Below, in pieces: positions 53,348 to 62,641 of a stretch of 64,000 nt of DNA. Below the pieces are notes generated by a model, which searched no databases, had not been told where the DNA came from, and saw only the letters and a list, made by a program, of their open reading frames with translations. The DNA lies in the NCBI GenBank assembly GCA_028713285.1, contig JAQTOP010000008.1, forward strand, positions 1,572-65,571, given 5' to 3'. Position numbers and translations under genes: made by a program. How positions within the stretch are numbered: position 1 is the first letter of the stretch; every line of letters starts with the position of its first letter. This DNA is from Terrimicrobiaceae bacterium (lineage in GTDB: Bacteria > Verrucomicrobiota > Verrucomicrobiia > Chthoniobacterales > JAATET01).

Positions 53348-54268
53348 ATGGACTACCACGTTCCCGTCCTCGCCGACGAAGTCGTCGCCTTTCTGCGACC
53401 CGCGCCCGGCATCCTCTTCCTCGATGGCACCGTCGGAGGCGGCGGCCACTCCGAGCGCCTGCTCCAGGCCGGCGCCCGCGTCATCGCGCTCGACCGCGAT
53501 CCCGAGGCCCTCGCCTACGCGGCCGGCCGTCTCGCGCCCTTCGCCCACCGGCTCACGCTGCTGCAGGCAAACTATGCGGACGCCGCCCAGGCGCTCGACT
53601 CGCTGGGCATCGCGGATATCGGCGGCGCGCTCATCGACATCGGCGTGTCCTCCCACCAGCTCGACACCGCCGCGCGGGGCTTCTCGCTCCTGCACGACGG
53701 TCCGCTCGACATGCGCATGGGCGCGGACACCACAGTCACCGCCGCCGATCTCGTCAATGAAGAATCGCCCGAGAACCTGGTGCGGATTCTGCGCGAATAT
53801 GGAGAGGAGAATTCCGCCGTGCGCATCGTCTCGCACCTCGTCCATCTCCGCAGCTCGATGCGTTTCGAAACGACCGGCCAGCTCGCCGACGCCGTGAGCG
53901 ACGTGATCCCGCGCACGGGCCGCCGCCACCCCGCGACGCGGGTTTTCCAGGCGTTGCGCATCGCGGTGAACGACGAACTCGGCTCGCTTCATCGCGGCCT
54001 CGACGCCATCAGCGGTCGCCTCGCCCGTGGCGCGCGATTCGGCGTGATCACGTTTCACTCGCTCGAGGACCGCATCGTGAAACGCTACTTCAAGCACCGC
54101 AGTTCCGAGTGGCTCGATCGTCCCGAGTGGCCCGAGCCCCGACGCAATCCCGATCGCATCTTCCGGCTTCTCACTCCGCATCCCATCGACCCCGGTCCCG
54201 AAGAGATCGAGGCCAACCCACGCGCCCGCAGCGCCAAACTCCGCATCGTCGAGCACATCCAGCCATGA
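53348..54268 (+). CDS. rsmH: 16S rRNA (cytosine1402-N4)-methyltransferase RsmH/MraW
   Basis: HVPVLADEVVAFL...DGTVGGGGHSERLL...DIGVSSHQLD...RGFS. Start chosen at MDYHVPVL (53348); ATG 53279 is possible. Confidence 0.9.
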   Translation: MDYHVPVLADEVVAFLRPAPGILFLDGTVGGGGHSERLLQAGARVIALDRDPEALAYAAGRLAPFAHRLTLLQANYADAAQALDSLGIADIGGALIDIGVSSHQLDTAARGFSLLHDGPLDMRMGADTTVTAADLVNEESPENLVRILREYGEENSAVRIVSHLVHLRSSMRFETTGQLADAVSDVIPRTGRRHPATRVFQALRIAVNDELGSLHRGLDAISGRLARGARFGVITFHSLEDRIVKRYFKHRSSEWLDRPEWPEPRRNPDRIFRLLTPHPIDPGPEEIEANPRARSAKLRIVEHIQP

Positions 54269-54651
54269 ACGCCACGCTCAATCGCCCGCGTACCCGCGCA
54301 ATCAATCCGCTCCAGCTCTCCCGCGTCTTCGCGTTTCTCCTCCTCGCCCTCGTGGTCGGCGGCGCGGGCCTTTGCTTTGTCTCGCTCAAAAACACCCAGC
54401 ACGCCCTCGGCGAACGCGTGCGCGAAACCGAGCGGCAGCTTCGCGAATTCCGCGCCCGCAATCAGGACTACCAGAGCCGCATCGCCAGCCTCTCGTCCCG
54501 CGTGGCGCTGCGCCGCAAGCTCGAATCCGGATTCATTGCGATGATTCCCGTGCCCGCCACGGCCATTGCCCGTCTCACACCGCCCGCCATCGCGACCGAG
54601 GATGGAGCGATGCGCACCGCCGCCGTCATCAACCCTCTTCTACGTCCGTGA
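54265..54651 (+). CDS. ftsL: FtsL-like cell-division protein (bitopic, coiled coil)
   Basis: Position between rsmH and ftsI. TM segment VFAFLLLALVVGGAGLCFV, then RETERQLREFRARNQDYQSRIASL. ATGA overlap with the rsmH stop. Confidence 0.6.
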   Translation: MNATLNRPRTRAINPLQLSRVFAFLLLALVVGGAGLCFVSLKNTQHALGERVRETERQLREFRARNQDYQSRIASLSSRVALRRKLESGFIAMIPVPATAIARLTPPAIATEDGAMRTAAVINPLLRP

Positions 54652-56429
54652 GGTGGAATGCTCATACCCGCATCACCCTCGCCAGCGCGTTCCTCGGGCT
54701 GATCTTCACCGGCTTTTCCTCGCGGCTGATTTACATCGCGGTCGCCAAGCATGACGAATACTCCACCTTCGCGGCGGAGAAGAATTCGATCCGCCAGCCG
54801 CTCTTCGCGAAGCGCGGGATCATCTACGACCGAAATGGCGAGGTGCTCGCCGAAAACGCCCCGATCCGCACCGCCGTAGCCGACGGCACGCATATCGAGA
54901 ATCCGCGCCGCGTCGCCGAGGCCGCCGCTCCGTTCCTCGACATGAACGTGGACGAACTCACCGCGAAGCTCGCCGACGCGGTCGAATTCAAGCGCAAATT
55001 CGTCGTCCTGCGCCACGACGTCCCCGCGGAAACCGCCTTCGAAAACGCCCATGCGCTCGACGCCGCCAGACTGCGCGGCATCTCCTTCCTCAACGACAGC
55101 AAGCGCGTGCATCCAAACGGTTCGATGCTCTGCCACGTGATGGGCTTCCTCGATCACGAGCGTCGCGGCATACAGGGCGTCGAAGCCGCCATGGAGGACT
55201 ACCTGCGCGGCCAGGACGGCTTCCGCTTCATCGAGCGCGACCGCACCGGCAGGGAGCTCGTCGTCTATCGCGGCCAGGAGCGCGAGCCGCGCGACGGCCT
55301 CAACGTCACGCTCACCATCGACATGGGCCTGCAATCCATCGTCGAGGACGAACTCGACGCCGCCGTGAAGGATCTCAAGCCGCACACCGCGGTCGTCATC
55401 ATGGCCGACCCGAAGACCGGGGAAATCCTTGCCATGGCCAGCCGGCCGAATTTCGAACCAGATACCCTCGGCAAGGCGCAGCCCGAGCAGATGAAAAACC
55501 ACGCGGTCATCGACATGTTCGAGCCCGGTTCGACATTCAAAATCGTCGTCGCCTCCGCCGCCCTCAACGAAGGCATCATCAACACCGAGACCCGCGTGAA
55601 CTGCGAAAACGGCCACTTCGCCTACGCTGGAAAAATCCTGCGTGACCACCACGGCTTCGGCATGATGACCGTGCATGAGATCCTCATGCGATCCTCGAAC
55701 ATCGGTTCCGCCAAGCTGGGGCTCATGGAGGGCGAGCAGACCTTTTACGAATACATCAAGCGCTTCGGCTTCGGGGAGCGCACCGGCGTCGAGCTGCCCG
55801 GCGAAATCCCCGGCCTCGCCCCTCCTCCAGCCCGCTGGGACAAGCTGAGCATCACCCGCATGCCGATGGGCCAGGCGATCTCCGTCACCCCGCTGCAAAC
55901 CGTGCAGGCGATGAGCGTGATCGCAAATGGCGGCAAGCTCCTTGCCCCGCACATCGTGAAATCCCTCGCCGACGGCCCCGGCAATACGATCAAGAGCTTC
56001 CAGCCGTCGGTCATTCGCGAAGTGATCAATCCCCAGACGGCATCGCTCGTCCGGGACGCGCTCATCGATGTCGTGAGCACCAAGGGCACCGCCGTCCTCG
56101 CGTCGGTCCCCGGTTTCCGCGTCGGGGGAAAAACCGGCACCGCGCAGATTCCCAAGCCCGGCGGCGGCTACTACGAAAACAAATACGTCGCTTCCTTCTG
56201 CGGATTCATGCCGGCCGAAGATCCCGCGTTCGTCTGCCTCGTGCTCATCGACGACCCCAAGGTCGGCCCCGAAATGTATTACGGCGGCCTCGTCGCCGCG
56301 CCGATCTTCTCGCGCATCGCCGAGCGCGCCGCCCGCTATCTCGACCTCCAGCCCGTAATGAAAGCCGAGCCCGTCACGCAGGTCGTCTCCACCCGCCTGC
56401 AAGACAAGGGAGACGCCGTCGATCAATGA
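54648..56429 (+). CDS. ftsI: Penicillin-binding protein 3 / FtsI transpeptidase
   Basis: SxxK is present as GSTFK, SxN as SSN, and KTG as GGKTGTA. N-terminal TM anchor. GTG at 54648 in a GTGA overlap with the ftsL stop; the upstream part of the track ORF overlaps ftsL. Confidence 0.9.
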   Translation: MRWNAHTRITLASAFLGLIFTGFSSRLIYIAVAKHDEYSTFAAEKNSIRQPLFAKRGIIYDRNGEVLAENAPIRTAVADGTHIENPRRVAEAAAPFLDMNVDELTAKLADAVEFKRKFVVLRHDVPAETAFENAHALDAARLRGISFLNDSKRVHPNGSMLCHVMGFLDHERRGIQGVEAAMEDYLRGQDGFRFIERDRTGRELVVYRGQEREPRDGLNVTLTIDMGLQSIVEDELDAAVKDLKPHTAVVIMADPKTGEILAMASRPNFEPDTLGKAQPEQMKNHAVIDMFEPGSTFKIVVASAALNEGIINTETRVNCENGHFAYAGKILRDHHGFGMMTVHEILMRSSNIGSAKLGLMEGEQTFYEYIKRFGFGERTGVELPGEIPGLAPPPARWDKLSITRMPMGQAISVTPLQTVQAMSVIANGGKLLAPHIVKSLADGPGNTIKSFQPSVIREVINPQTASLVRDALIDVVSTKGTAVLASVPGFRVGGKTGTAQIPKPGGGYYENKYVASFCGFMPAEDPAFVCLVLIDDPKVGPEMYYGGLVAAPIFSRIAERAARYLDLQPVMKAEPVTQVVSTRLQDKGDAVDQ

Positions 56430-57913
56430 GCTGGGACCTCGACCAACTCCTCGCGAAAGCGGGCCTGCCGTCGCCACCCGGCGCGTCCGGCGCAACAATC
56501 GACGCGCTGTGTTACGACTCCCGCCGCGCCACGGCGGGCTCGTTGTTTTTCGCCCTGCCCGGGGCCCTGGCCGATGGAGCAAAGTTCGCGTCCGATGCCG
56601 TCGCGCGCGGCGCTTCCGCAGTCCTCTCCGAGACGGTTGTTCCCGGCTGCGCCGTCCCGCAGGCGCTCGTGGCCGACGCGCGCGCCGCGATGGCCGATGT
56701 CGCGCGCGCATTCTATGGCGACCCGGGCGCCAGCCTGCGCACCGTCGGCATCACCGGGACGAACGGCAAGACGACCACCGCCTTCCTCGTGAAGCACCTG
56801 CTCGACGCCGCCCGCCTGCGCTGCGGCCTGCTCGGCACGATCCGCTACGTCGTTGGCGACGAGGCGCTGCCCGCCTCCCGCACCACGCCCGAGTCCGCCG
56901 ACGTGCAGGCGCTCTTCGCGCAAATGCTCGACGCCGGCAATCGCGCCGTCGCGATGGAAGTCTCCAGCCACGCCCTCGCCCAGCAGCGCGTGCGCGGCAT
57001 CGAGTGGGACGCCGCGATCTTCACCAATCTCACGCAGGACCATCTCGACTACCACCGCACGATGGATGGCTATTTCGACGCGAAGGCCTCGCTCTTCGAG
57101 ATCATGTATCGCCAGACCGGCAAGCGCGGAAAAAGCATCATCAACTTCGACGACCGCTACGGCGCGCTCCTCATCGAGCGCCTGCCCAAACAGGCGAAAC
57201 CGCTCACCTACGGCCTCACCGTGCGCTCCGACTTCCGCGCCATCGACCCGCGCTCCGACGTTCACGGCACTCAATACCAACTCGACGCCAGGGGCCGCCA
57301 ATACCTCGTCCGCCTCCCGCTCATCGGGCGCTTCAATGTTTCCAATTCCCTCGCCGCCCTCGCCACGGCATTCGCGCTCGGCCTCGATCTCCGCGCCGCC
57401 GTCCAGGCGCTCGCCAGCGCGCCCCAGGTGCCCGGCCGGCTCGAGCGCGTCCCCGCGCGGCGCAACTTCACCGTTTATGTCGATTATGCTCACACGGACG
57501 ACGCCTTAACCAACGTCCTGAGCACGCTTCGCGACCTACGGCCCCGGCGGCTGCTCGTTGTCTTCGGATGCGGCGGCGACCGGGACCGCGCGAAGCGCCC
57601 TTTGATGGCGCGCGCCGCCGAGCAGCTCGCGGACCACGCGATTGTCACCTCCGACAATCCCCGCGGCGAAGATCCCGAAGACATCCTCGCGGACATCCTC
57701 GCCGGCATGCGCGGCTCGAACCACGAGTCCATCACGGACCGCCGCGAGGCCATCCACCACGCCGTCTCCCTCGCGGAACCAGGCGACATCGTGCTAATCG
57801 CCGGCAAGGGCCACGAAAATTACCAGGAAATCCGCGGCCAGCGCACGCCCTTCGACGACGTCTCGGTTGCCCGCAACGCCATTGAGGCGAAACCTGTCCC
57901 TATCGAGCAATAA
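56426..57913 (+). CDS. murE: UDP-MurNAc-L-Ala-D-Glu:meso-DAP ligase
   Basis: GITGTNGKTTTAFL, the DNPR motif (TSDNPRGEDP, a signature of the DAP-adding type), and position in the dcw cluster. ATGA overlap with ftsI. Confidence 0.9.
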   Translation: MSWDLDQLLAKAGLPSPPGASGATIDALCYDSRRATAGSLFFALPGALADGAKFASDAVARGASAVLSETVVPGCAVPQALVADARAAMADVARAFYGDPGASLRTVGITGTNGKTTTAFLVKHLLDAARLRCGLLGTIRYVVGDEALPASRTTPESADVQALFAQMLDAGNRAVAMEVSSHALAQQRVRGIEWDAAIFTNLTQDHLDYHRTMDGYFDAKASLFEIMYRQTGKRGKSIINFDDRYGALLIERLPKQAKPLTYGLTVRSDFRAIDPRSDVHGTQYQLDARGRQYLVRLPLIGRFNVSNSLAALATAFALGLDLRAAVQALASAPQVPGRLERVPARRNFTVYVDYAHTDDALTNVLSTLRDLRPRRLLVVFGCGGDRDRAKRPLMARAAEQLADHAIVTSDNPRGEDPEDILADILAGMRGSNHESITDRREAIHHAVSLAEPGDIVLIAGKGHENYQEIRGQRTPFDDVSVARNAIEAKPVPIEQ

Positions 57914-57914
57914 A

Positions 57915-59273
57915 ATGGACCCCCTTCCGCTCTCCGAAATTGCCGAACTCTGCGGCGGCCAGCTTCATGGCGATGGCGCCATCCGCGTCGCGCGCATCTC
58001 GAAGGACACCCGTTCGATCGAGCCCGGCGACCTCTACCTCGCCCTGCGCGGAGATAACTTCGATGGAAACGACTTCGTCGCCGCCGCCGCCGGCCGAGCC
58101 GCGGCCGCCGCCATCGTGGACCGCGATCCCGCCGTCGCGGGACCCGCCGGCTTCCCCCTCATCCGCGTCGCCGACAGCCTCGCCGCGCTCCACGCGCTCG
58201 CCGCCGCCTGGCGCAGCCGGCTCAGCCTGCGCGTCGTCGGCATCACCGGCAGCTCCGGCAAGACGAGCACGAAAGAATTCACCGCCGCCGTCCTCTCCGC
58301 CCGCTTCCGTGTCAACAAAACCACCGGCAACCTCAATAACCACTTCGGCCTCCCGCTGACCATTCTAAGCGCCTCCCAGGCCGACCAGGCGGCCGTTTGG
58401 GAAGTCGGCATGAACCACCCCGGCGAGATCGCCCCGCTCGCCGCGCTGGCGCGTCCGGATGCCGCGATCCTCACGAACATCGGCGTCGGACACATCGAGT
58501 TTTTCGAGAATCGCGACGGCATCGCCGCCGAGAAGGCCGAACTCATCCGCGCCGTCCACGCCGGCGGCGCCATCATTATTCCGGCCGGGGACGACTACGC
58601 CGGCTTCCTTGCGAAGCGCGCCCAGGGCCGCCGCCTCATCCGCTGCGGACTCGGCGCCGCCGACGTGCGCGCCGAGTCGATCCAGCTGGCTGCCAACGGC
58701 GCGGCCTTCACCGTTCGCGCATTCGGCGAATCCGCGACCGCGCACCTTCCCGCGACGGGCGAGCACATGGTGCGCAATGCCCTGCTCGCCATCGCAGCCG
58801 GCATCGAGTTCGGTCTCTCGCTCGAAGAATGCGTCGCCGGCCTCGCGACCGCGCGCCTCACGGGCGGACGACTCGAGCTGAAACTCATCCGCGGCATCCG
58901 ATTCCTGGACGACACCTACAACGCAAATCCCGATTCCGTCGAAGCCGCGCTTAAAACCCTCGCCGACCTGCCCGCCAGCGGCCGCCGCATCGCCGTGCTC
59001 GGCCGCATGGGCGAACTCGGCAGCCACGCCCTTGCCGGTTACCAGCGCGTGGGCCGCGCCGCCGCACGGGCCGCCCAGACACTCGTCGCCGTGGGCCCCG
59101 AGACCGCGCCGCTTGGCGAGGCAGCCCGCGCCGCCGGGCTCACCGATCTTTACGAAGCGCCCGACCCGCTGGACGCCGCACGGCTCCTGCGAGGCATCGC
59201 CCACGAAGGCGACGTCGTCCTCGTCAAGGGCAGCCGCGCCGCGCGGATGGAACAAGTGATCGGAGAATTCTAA
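57915..59273 (+). CDS. murF: UDP-MurNAc-tripeptide:D-Ala-D-Ala ligase
   Basis: GITGSSGKTSTKEF and dcw order. ATG at 57915 (MDPLPLSEIA), directly after the murE stop. Confidence 0.9.
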   Translation: MDPLPLSEIAELCGGQLHGDGAIRVARISKDTRSIEPGDLYLALRGDNFDGNDFVAAAAGRAAAAAIVDRDPAVAGPAGFPLIRVADSLAALHALAAAWRSRLSLRVVGITGSSGKTSTKEFTAAVLSARFRVNKTTGNLNNHFGLPLTILSASQADQAAVWEVGMNHPGEIAPLAALARPDAAILTNIGVGHIEFFENRDGIAAEKAELIRAVHAGGAIIIPAGDDYAGFLAKRAQGRRLIRCGLGAADVRAESIQLAANGAAFTVRAFGESATAHLPATGEHMVRNALLAIAAGIEFGLSLEECVAGLATARLTGGRLELKLIRGIRFLDDTYNANPDSVEAALKTLADLPASGRRIAVLGRMGELGSHALAGYQRVGRAAARAAQTLVAVGPETAPLGEAARAAGLTDLYEAPDPLDAARLLRGIAHEGDVVLVKGSRAARMEQVIGEF

Positions 59274-60403
59274 TGCTCTACTACCTCTACGAACTCAGCG
59301 AATCGCTGCTGCGCCACGGGCTGGACAGCGACTTCGTGAAGGCGCTCAACGTCTTTCAATACATCTCGTTTCGCGCGATCAGCGCGGCGGTCACCGCGTT
59401 CCTGTTGTGCTTGATTTTCGGCAATCGCGTCATCCGCAAGCTCATCTCGTTGAAGTTCGGCCAGCCCATTCGCACGAAGGAGGAGGTTCACAAACTCTTC
59501 GAGCTTCACGGCGCGAAAAAAGGCACCCCGACCATGGGCGGCATCCTCATTCTCGGCTCCGTCCTCATCTCCTCGCTGCTCTGGGCGCGGCCCACGAATT
59601 CCTTCGTCTGGATCGTACTGCTCGCGACCGTTTTCCTCGGCGGAATCGGCTTCTACGACGACTACCTCAAAGTCGCGAAGAAGAGCTCCGCCGGCATCAG
59701 CAGCCGCCTGAAGCTCGCTCTCCAATGCGTGCTCGCCGCCGCCTTCACGTTCTTTTTCTGGCGCGATCCGGAGCTCTGGAGACAGGCCCAGGCCCTCTAC
59801 GTGCCCTTCTTCAAGGATCCCGTGGTGATGAATCTCGGCGTCTTCGCCTTCTTCCTTTACCTCCTCGTGATCGTCGGCACGTCGAACGCCGTCAACCTTA
59901 CCGACGGTCTCGACGGCCTCGCAGCCGGCTGCAGCACGACGGTCGCCGCCACCTACGGCGTGCTCGCCTACGTCGCCGCGACCGCCCCCGCCGCCCGCTA
60001 TCTCCAGATTCCCCAGGTTCCCGGCGCCGGCGAACTCACCGTCCTTTGCTTCGCCCTCGCCGGCGCGTGCCTCGGCTTCCTCTGGTGGAATTGCCACCCG
60101 GCCCGCGTGTTCATGGGCGACACCGGCTCGCTCGCCATCGGCGGCATGCTCGGCGCCGTCGCCATTTGCACGAAACAGGAACTCCTCCTCGTCATCGTCG
60201 GCGGCGTCTTCGTCATCGAAGCGATGTCCGTCATCCTGCAGGTCGCCAGCTTCAAACTCACCGGCCGGCGCATCATCAAGATGTCTCCCATTCATCATCA
60301 CTTCGAACTCAGCGGCTGGAAGGAGAGCACGGTCATCGTCCGATTCTGGATCATGTCCGTCCTCTTCGCCCTGCTCGGCCTCGCGACACTCAAACTCCGA
60401 TGA
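59273..60403 (+). CDS. mraY: Phospho-MurNAc-pentapeptide translocase
   Basis: GTPTMGGILIL, NAVNLTDGLDGLA, FMGDTGSLAIGG, HHHFE. TAATG 1-nt overlap with murF. Confidence 0.95.
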   Translation: MLYYLYELSESLLRHGLDSDFVKALNVFQYISFRAISAAVTAFLLCLIFGNRVIRKLISLKFGQPIRTKEEVHKLFELHGAKKGTPTMGGILILGSVLISSLLWARPTNSFVWIVLLATVFLGGIGFYDDYLKVAKKSSAGISSRLKLALQCVLAAAFTFFFWRDPELWRQAQALYVPFFKDPVVMNLGVFAFFLYLLVIVGTSNAVNLTDGLDGLAAGCSTTVAATYGVLAYVAATAPAARYLQIPQVPGAGELTVLCFALAGACLGFLWWNCHPARVFMGDTGSLAIGGMLGAVAICTKQELLLVIVGGVFVIEAMSVILQVASFKLTGRRIIKMSPIHHHFELSGWKESTVIVRFWIMSVLFALLGLATLKLR

Positions 60404-61716
60404 TCTACTCCGGGAAAAACGCGATTGTCCTCGGCCTCGGCCACAGCGGCGAGGCGGCGGCCACCCTGCTCAAGGAGGAGGGCGCCACCGTCGTCGCCGC
60501 AGACAGCGCCGACAATGCCGCCGTGCGCGAAAAGGCCGCGCAGCTCGAAGCGGCGGGCATCCGCGTGCTGCTTGGCCCCGCCGCGGAGTCCGACCCCGCG
60601 CCCTACGATGTCTGCGTGCTCAGCCCGGGAATCGATCCGATCGTTCCGCTCGTGCAAAATGTCATCCGCAAGGAGATCCCGATCATCGGCGAACTCGAAC
60701 TGGCCTTCCAGGAATGCTCGTGCCCCTGCGTCGCGATCACCGGCACCAACGGCAAGACGACCACCACCGAGCTGACGACCGCCATGCTCCAGGGCTGCGG
60801 CGTGCGCACCATGTCGAGCGGCAACATCGGCCTGCCCTTCGCCACCGCCGTTCGCCAAAGTCACGAACTGGACGTGATGGTGCTCGAGACCAGCTCGTTC
60901 CAGCTCGAAACGATCCGCCATTTCCGCCCGCACGTCGCCGTCTGGCTGAACCTCAGCCCGAATCACCTCGACCGCTACCGCGATGTCGAGGAATACCGCA
61001 CAGCGAAACTTCGCATCTTCGAGGAGCAAACCGCCGAGGATTTCGCCGTCGTCAACGCGCTTTCCCCGCTCCCGCCGCTCGCCGCACGCCAGCTCACGTT
61101 CAGCGCCAGCGCCGGCAGCGCGGATTTCACCCTGCGGGACGGCGTCATCCATTTCCGCGGCGCCCCCGTGCTCGACCAGTCCCGCACAAAGCTCCACGGA
61201 CTCCACAATGCGGAGAACCTCATGGCCGCCTTCGCCATAGGCCATGCGCTCGACGTGGAATTCGACCTCATGGCCGCCGCCGTGCTCGACTACACCGCGC
61301 CCGCGCACCGCTGCGAATTCGTCCGCGACCTCGACGGCGTCCGCTGGGTCAACGACTCGAAGGCCACCAACCTCGACGCGATGGAGAAGGCGATCCTCTC
61401 CCAGGACCGTCCGCTCCTTCTCATCGCGGGCGGCAAGGACAAGGGCTTCGAATTCGACGACATCGCGCCGCTGGTGAAGGAACACGCGCGCAGCGCCGTC
61501 CTCATCGGGGAAATGAAGGACCGCATCGCCGCATCGTGGAGCGCCACGCCGTGCCGGACGGCCGCCACCCTCGACGAAGCCGTCGCCCTCGCGCGCCGCG
61601 CCGCCCGTCCCGGCGACGTCGTCCTCTTCTCACCCGGCACCTCGTCCTTCGACATGTTTCGCAACTACGGCGAGCGGGGAAATCAATTCAAAGCCGCTGT
61701 CCACGCCCTTGCCTGA
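60400..61716 (+). CDS. murD: UDP-MurNAc-L-Ala:D-Glu ligase
   Basis: VLGLGHSGEAAA..., ITGTNGKTTTTEL, WVNDSKATN. ATGA overlap with the mraY stop; the upstream portion of the 769-aa track ORF is an artefact. Confidence 0.9.
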   Translation: MIYSGKNAIVLGLGHSGEAAATLLKEEGATVVAADSADNAAVREKAAQLEAAGIRVLLGPAAESDPAPYDVCVLSPGIDPIVPLVQNVIRKEIPIIGELELAFQECSCPCVAITGTNGKTTTTELTTAMLQGCGVRTMSSGNIGLPFATAVRQSHELDVMVLETSSFQLETIRHFRPHVAVWLNLSPNHLDRYRDVEEYRTAKLRIFEEQTAEDFAVVNALSPLPPLAARQLTFSASAGSADFTLRDGVIHFRGAPVLDQSRTKLHGLHNAENLMAAFAIGHALDVEFDLMAAAVLDYTAPAHRCEFVRDLDGVRWVNDSKATNLDAMEKAILSQDRPLLLIAGGKDKGFEFDDIAPLVKEHARSAVLIGEMKDRIAASWSATPCRTAATLDEAVALARRAARPGDVVLFSPGTSSFDMFRNYGERGNQFKAAVHALA

Positions 61717-61785
61717 CCTTTCCATCCACCCTTCACAAATCATCCACCAAACGCCGTCCACGCAAAACCCAACGCCAGCCGAACC

Positions 61786-62637
61786 ATGAAAATCAAACTG
61801 CCAGTCCGCAGGCCCGCAACGCCGCTCCAGCGGCCGCCGAAGCTCAAACTGCAAGCCAGCGTCGCCCGCTCGCGCCACGCGCCGATGGTCGAGAACGACG
61901 AGTTTCTCGAGGAACCGGAGCCGAACATGAAGCTCTCGCACGCGTTCGTCGTCGTGCTCGTGCTCCACGTCATCGCGGTGGCGGGCGTCTTCGCCTTCAA
62001 CTCGATCAAGGCCCGCCAGGCCGACATCTTCTCGGCCACGAAGGACGAAGCCGCCCAGGCGAATGCAGCCGCGCCGGCCGCACCGCCGCTGACGCAGAGC
62101 ACGAACGAACCGCCCCCGCTCACCACGGGATCCTCCGATCCGTCGAACGGGACCGGGTCGGTCCAGCCGTCAGGTCCCACCGCGCCGGCCACGGCCGCCG
62201 CGACGGCCACGCCCGCGCCGGCCAGACAGCCCGCGGACGCCTCGAAGACCCACGAAATGCAGCCGGGCGAAACGCTCACCAAAATCGCGACGGAGTATGG
62301 CGTGACGGTCGCCGCGCTGGAAAAGGCCAACAACATCACCGATCCGAAAAAAATCCGCGCCGGCACCGTGCTCAAGATTCCGGAAGGGGGCGCCCCCGTC
62401 GCCGTGAAGCCGGCTACCGCCGCCGCGCCCTCCCCGGCGGCGGCGACCGCCGCGCCTTCGAACATCAAGGACTCCGGCCAGGTCTACACGGTGGTGAAGG
62501 GCGACAATCCCGTGAAGATCGCCAAAAAACTGAAGGTCCCCTACGCCGACCTCATGGCGCTCAACGGCAACCCCGATCCGCGCAAGCTCCAGATCGGCCA
62601 GAAGCTCAAAATCCCGGCCGCCAGCGCAAAAAAATAG
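61786..62637 (+). CDS. Bitopic membrane protein with a Pro/Ala-rich linker and two C-terminal LysM domains
   Basis: TM segment HAFVVVLVLHVIAVAGVFAF. LysM 1: HEMQPGETLTKIATEYGVTVAALEKANNITDPKKIRAGTVLKIP. LysM 2: YTVVKGDNPVKIAKKLKVPYADLMALNGNPDPRKLQIGQKLKIP. Confidence 0.8.
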   Translation: MKIKLPVRRPATPLQRPPKLKLQASVARSRHAPMVENDEFLEEPEPNMKLSHAFVVVLVLHVIAVAGVFAFNSIKARQADIFSATKDEAAQANAAAPAAPPLTQSTNEPPPLTTGSSDPSNGTGSVQPSGPTAPATAAATATPAPARQPADASKTHEMQPGETLTKIATEYGVTVAALEKANNITDPKKIRAGTVLKIPEGGAPVAVKPATAAAPSPAAATAAPSNIKDSGQVYTVVKGDNPVKIAKKLKVPYADLMALNGNPDPRKLQIGQKLKIPAASAKK

Positions 62638-62641
62638 CCTC

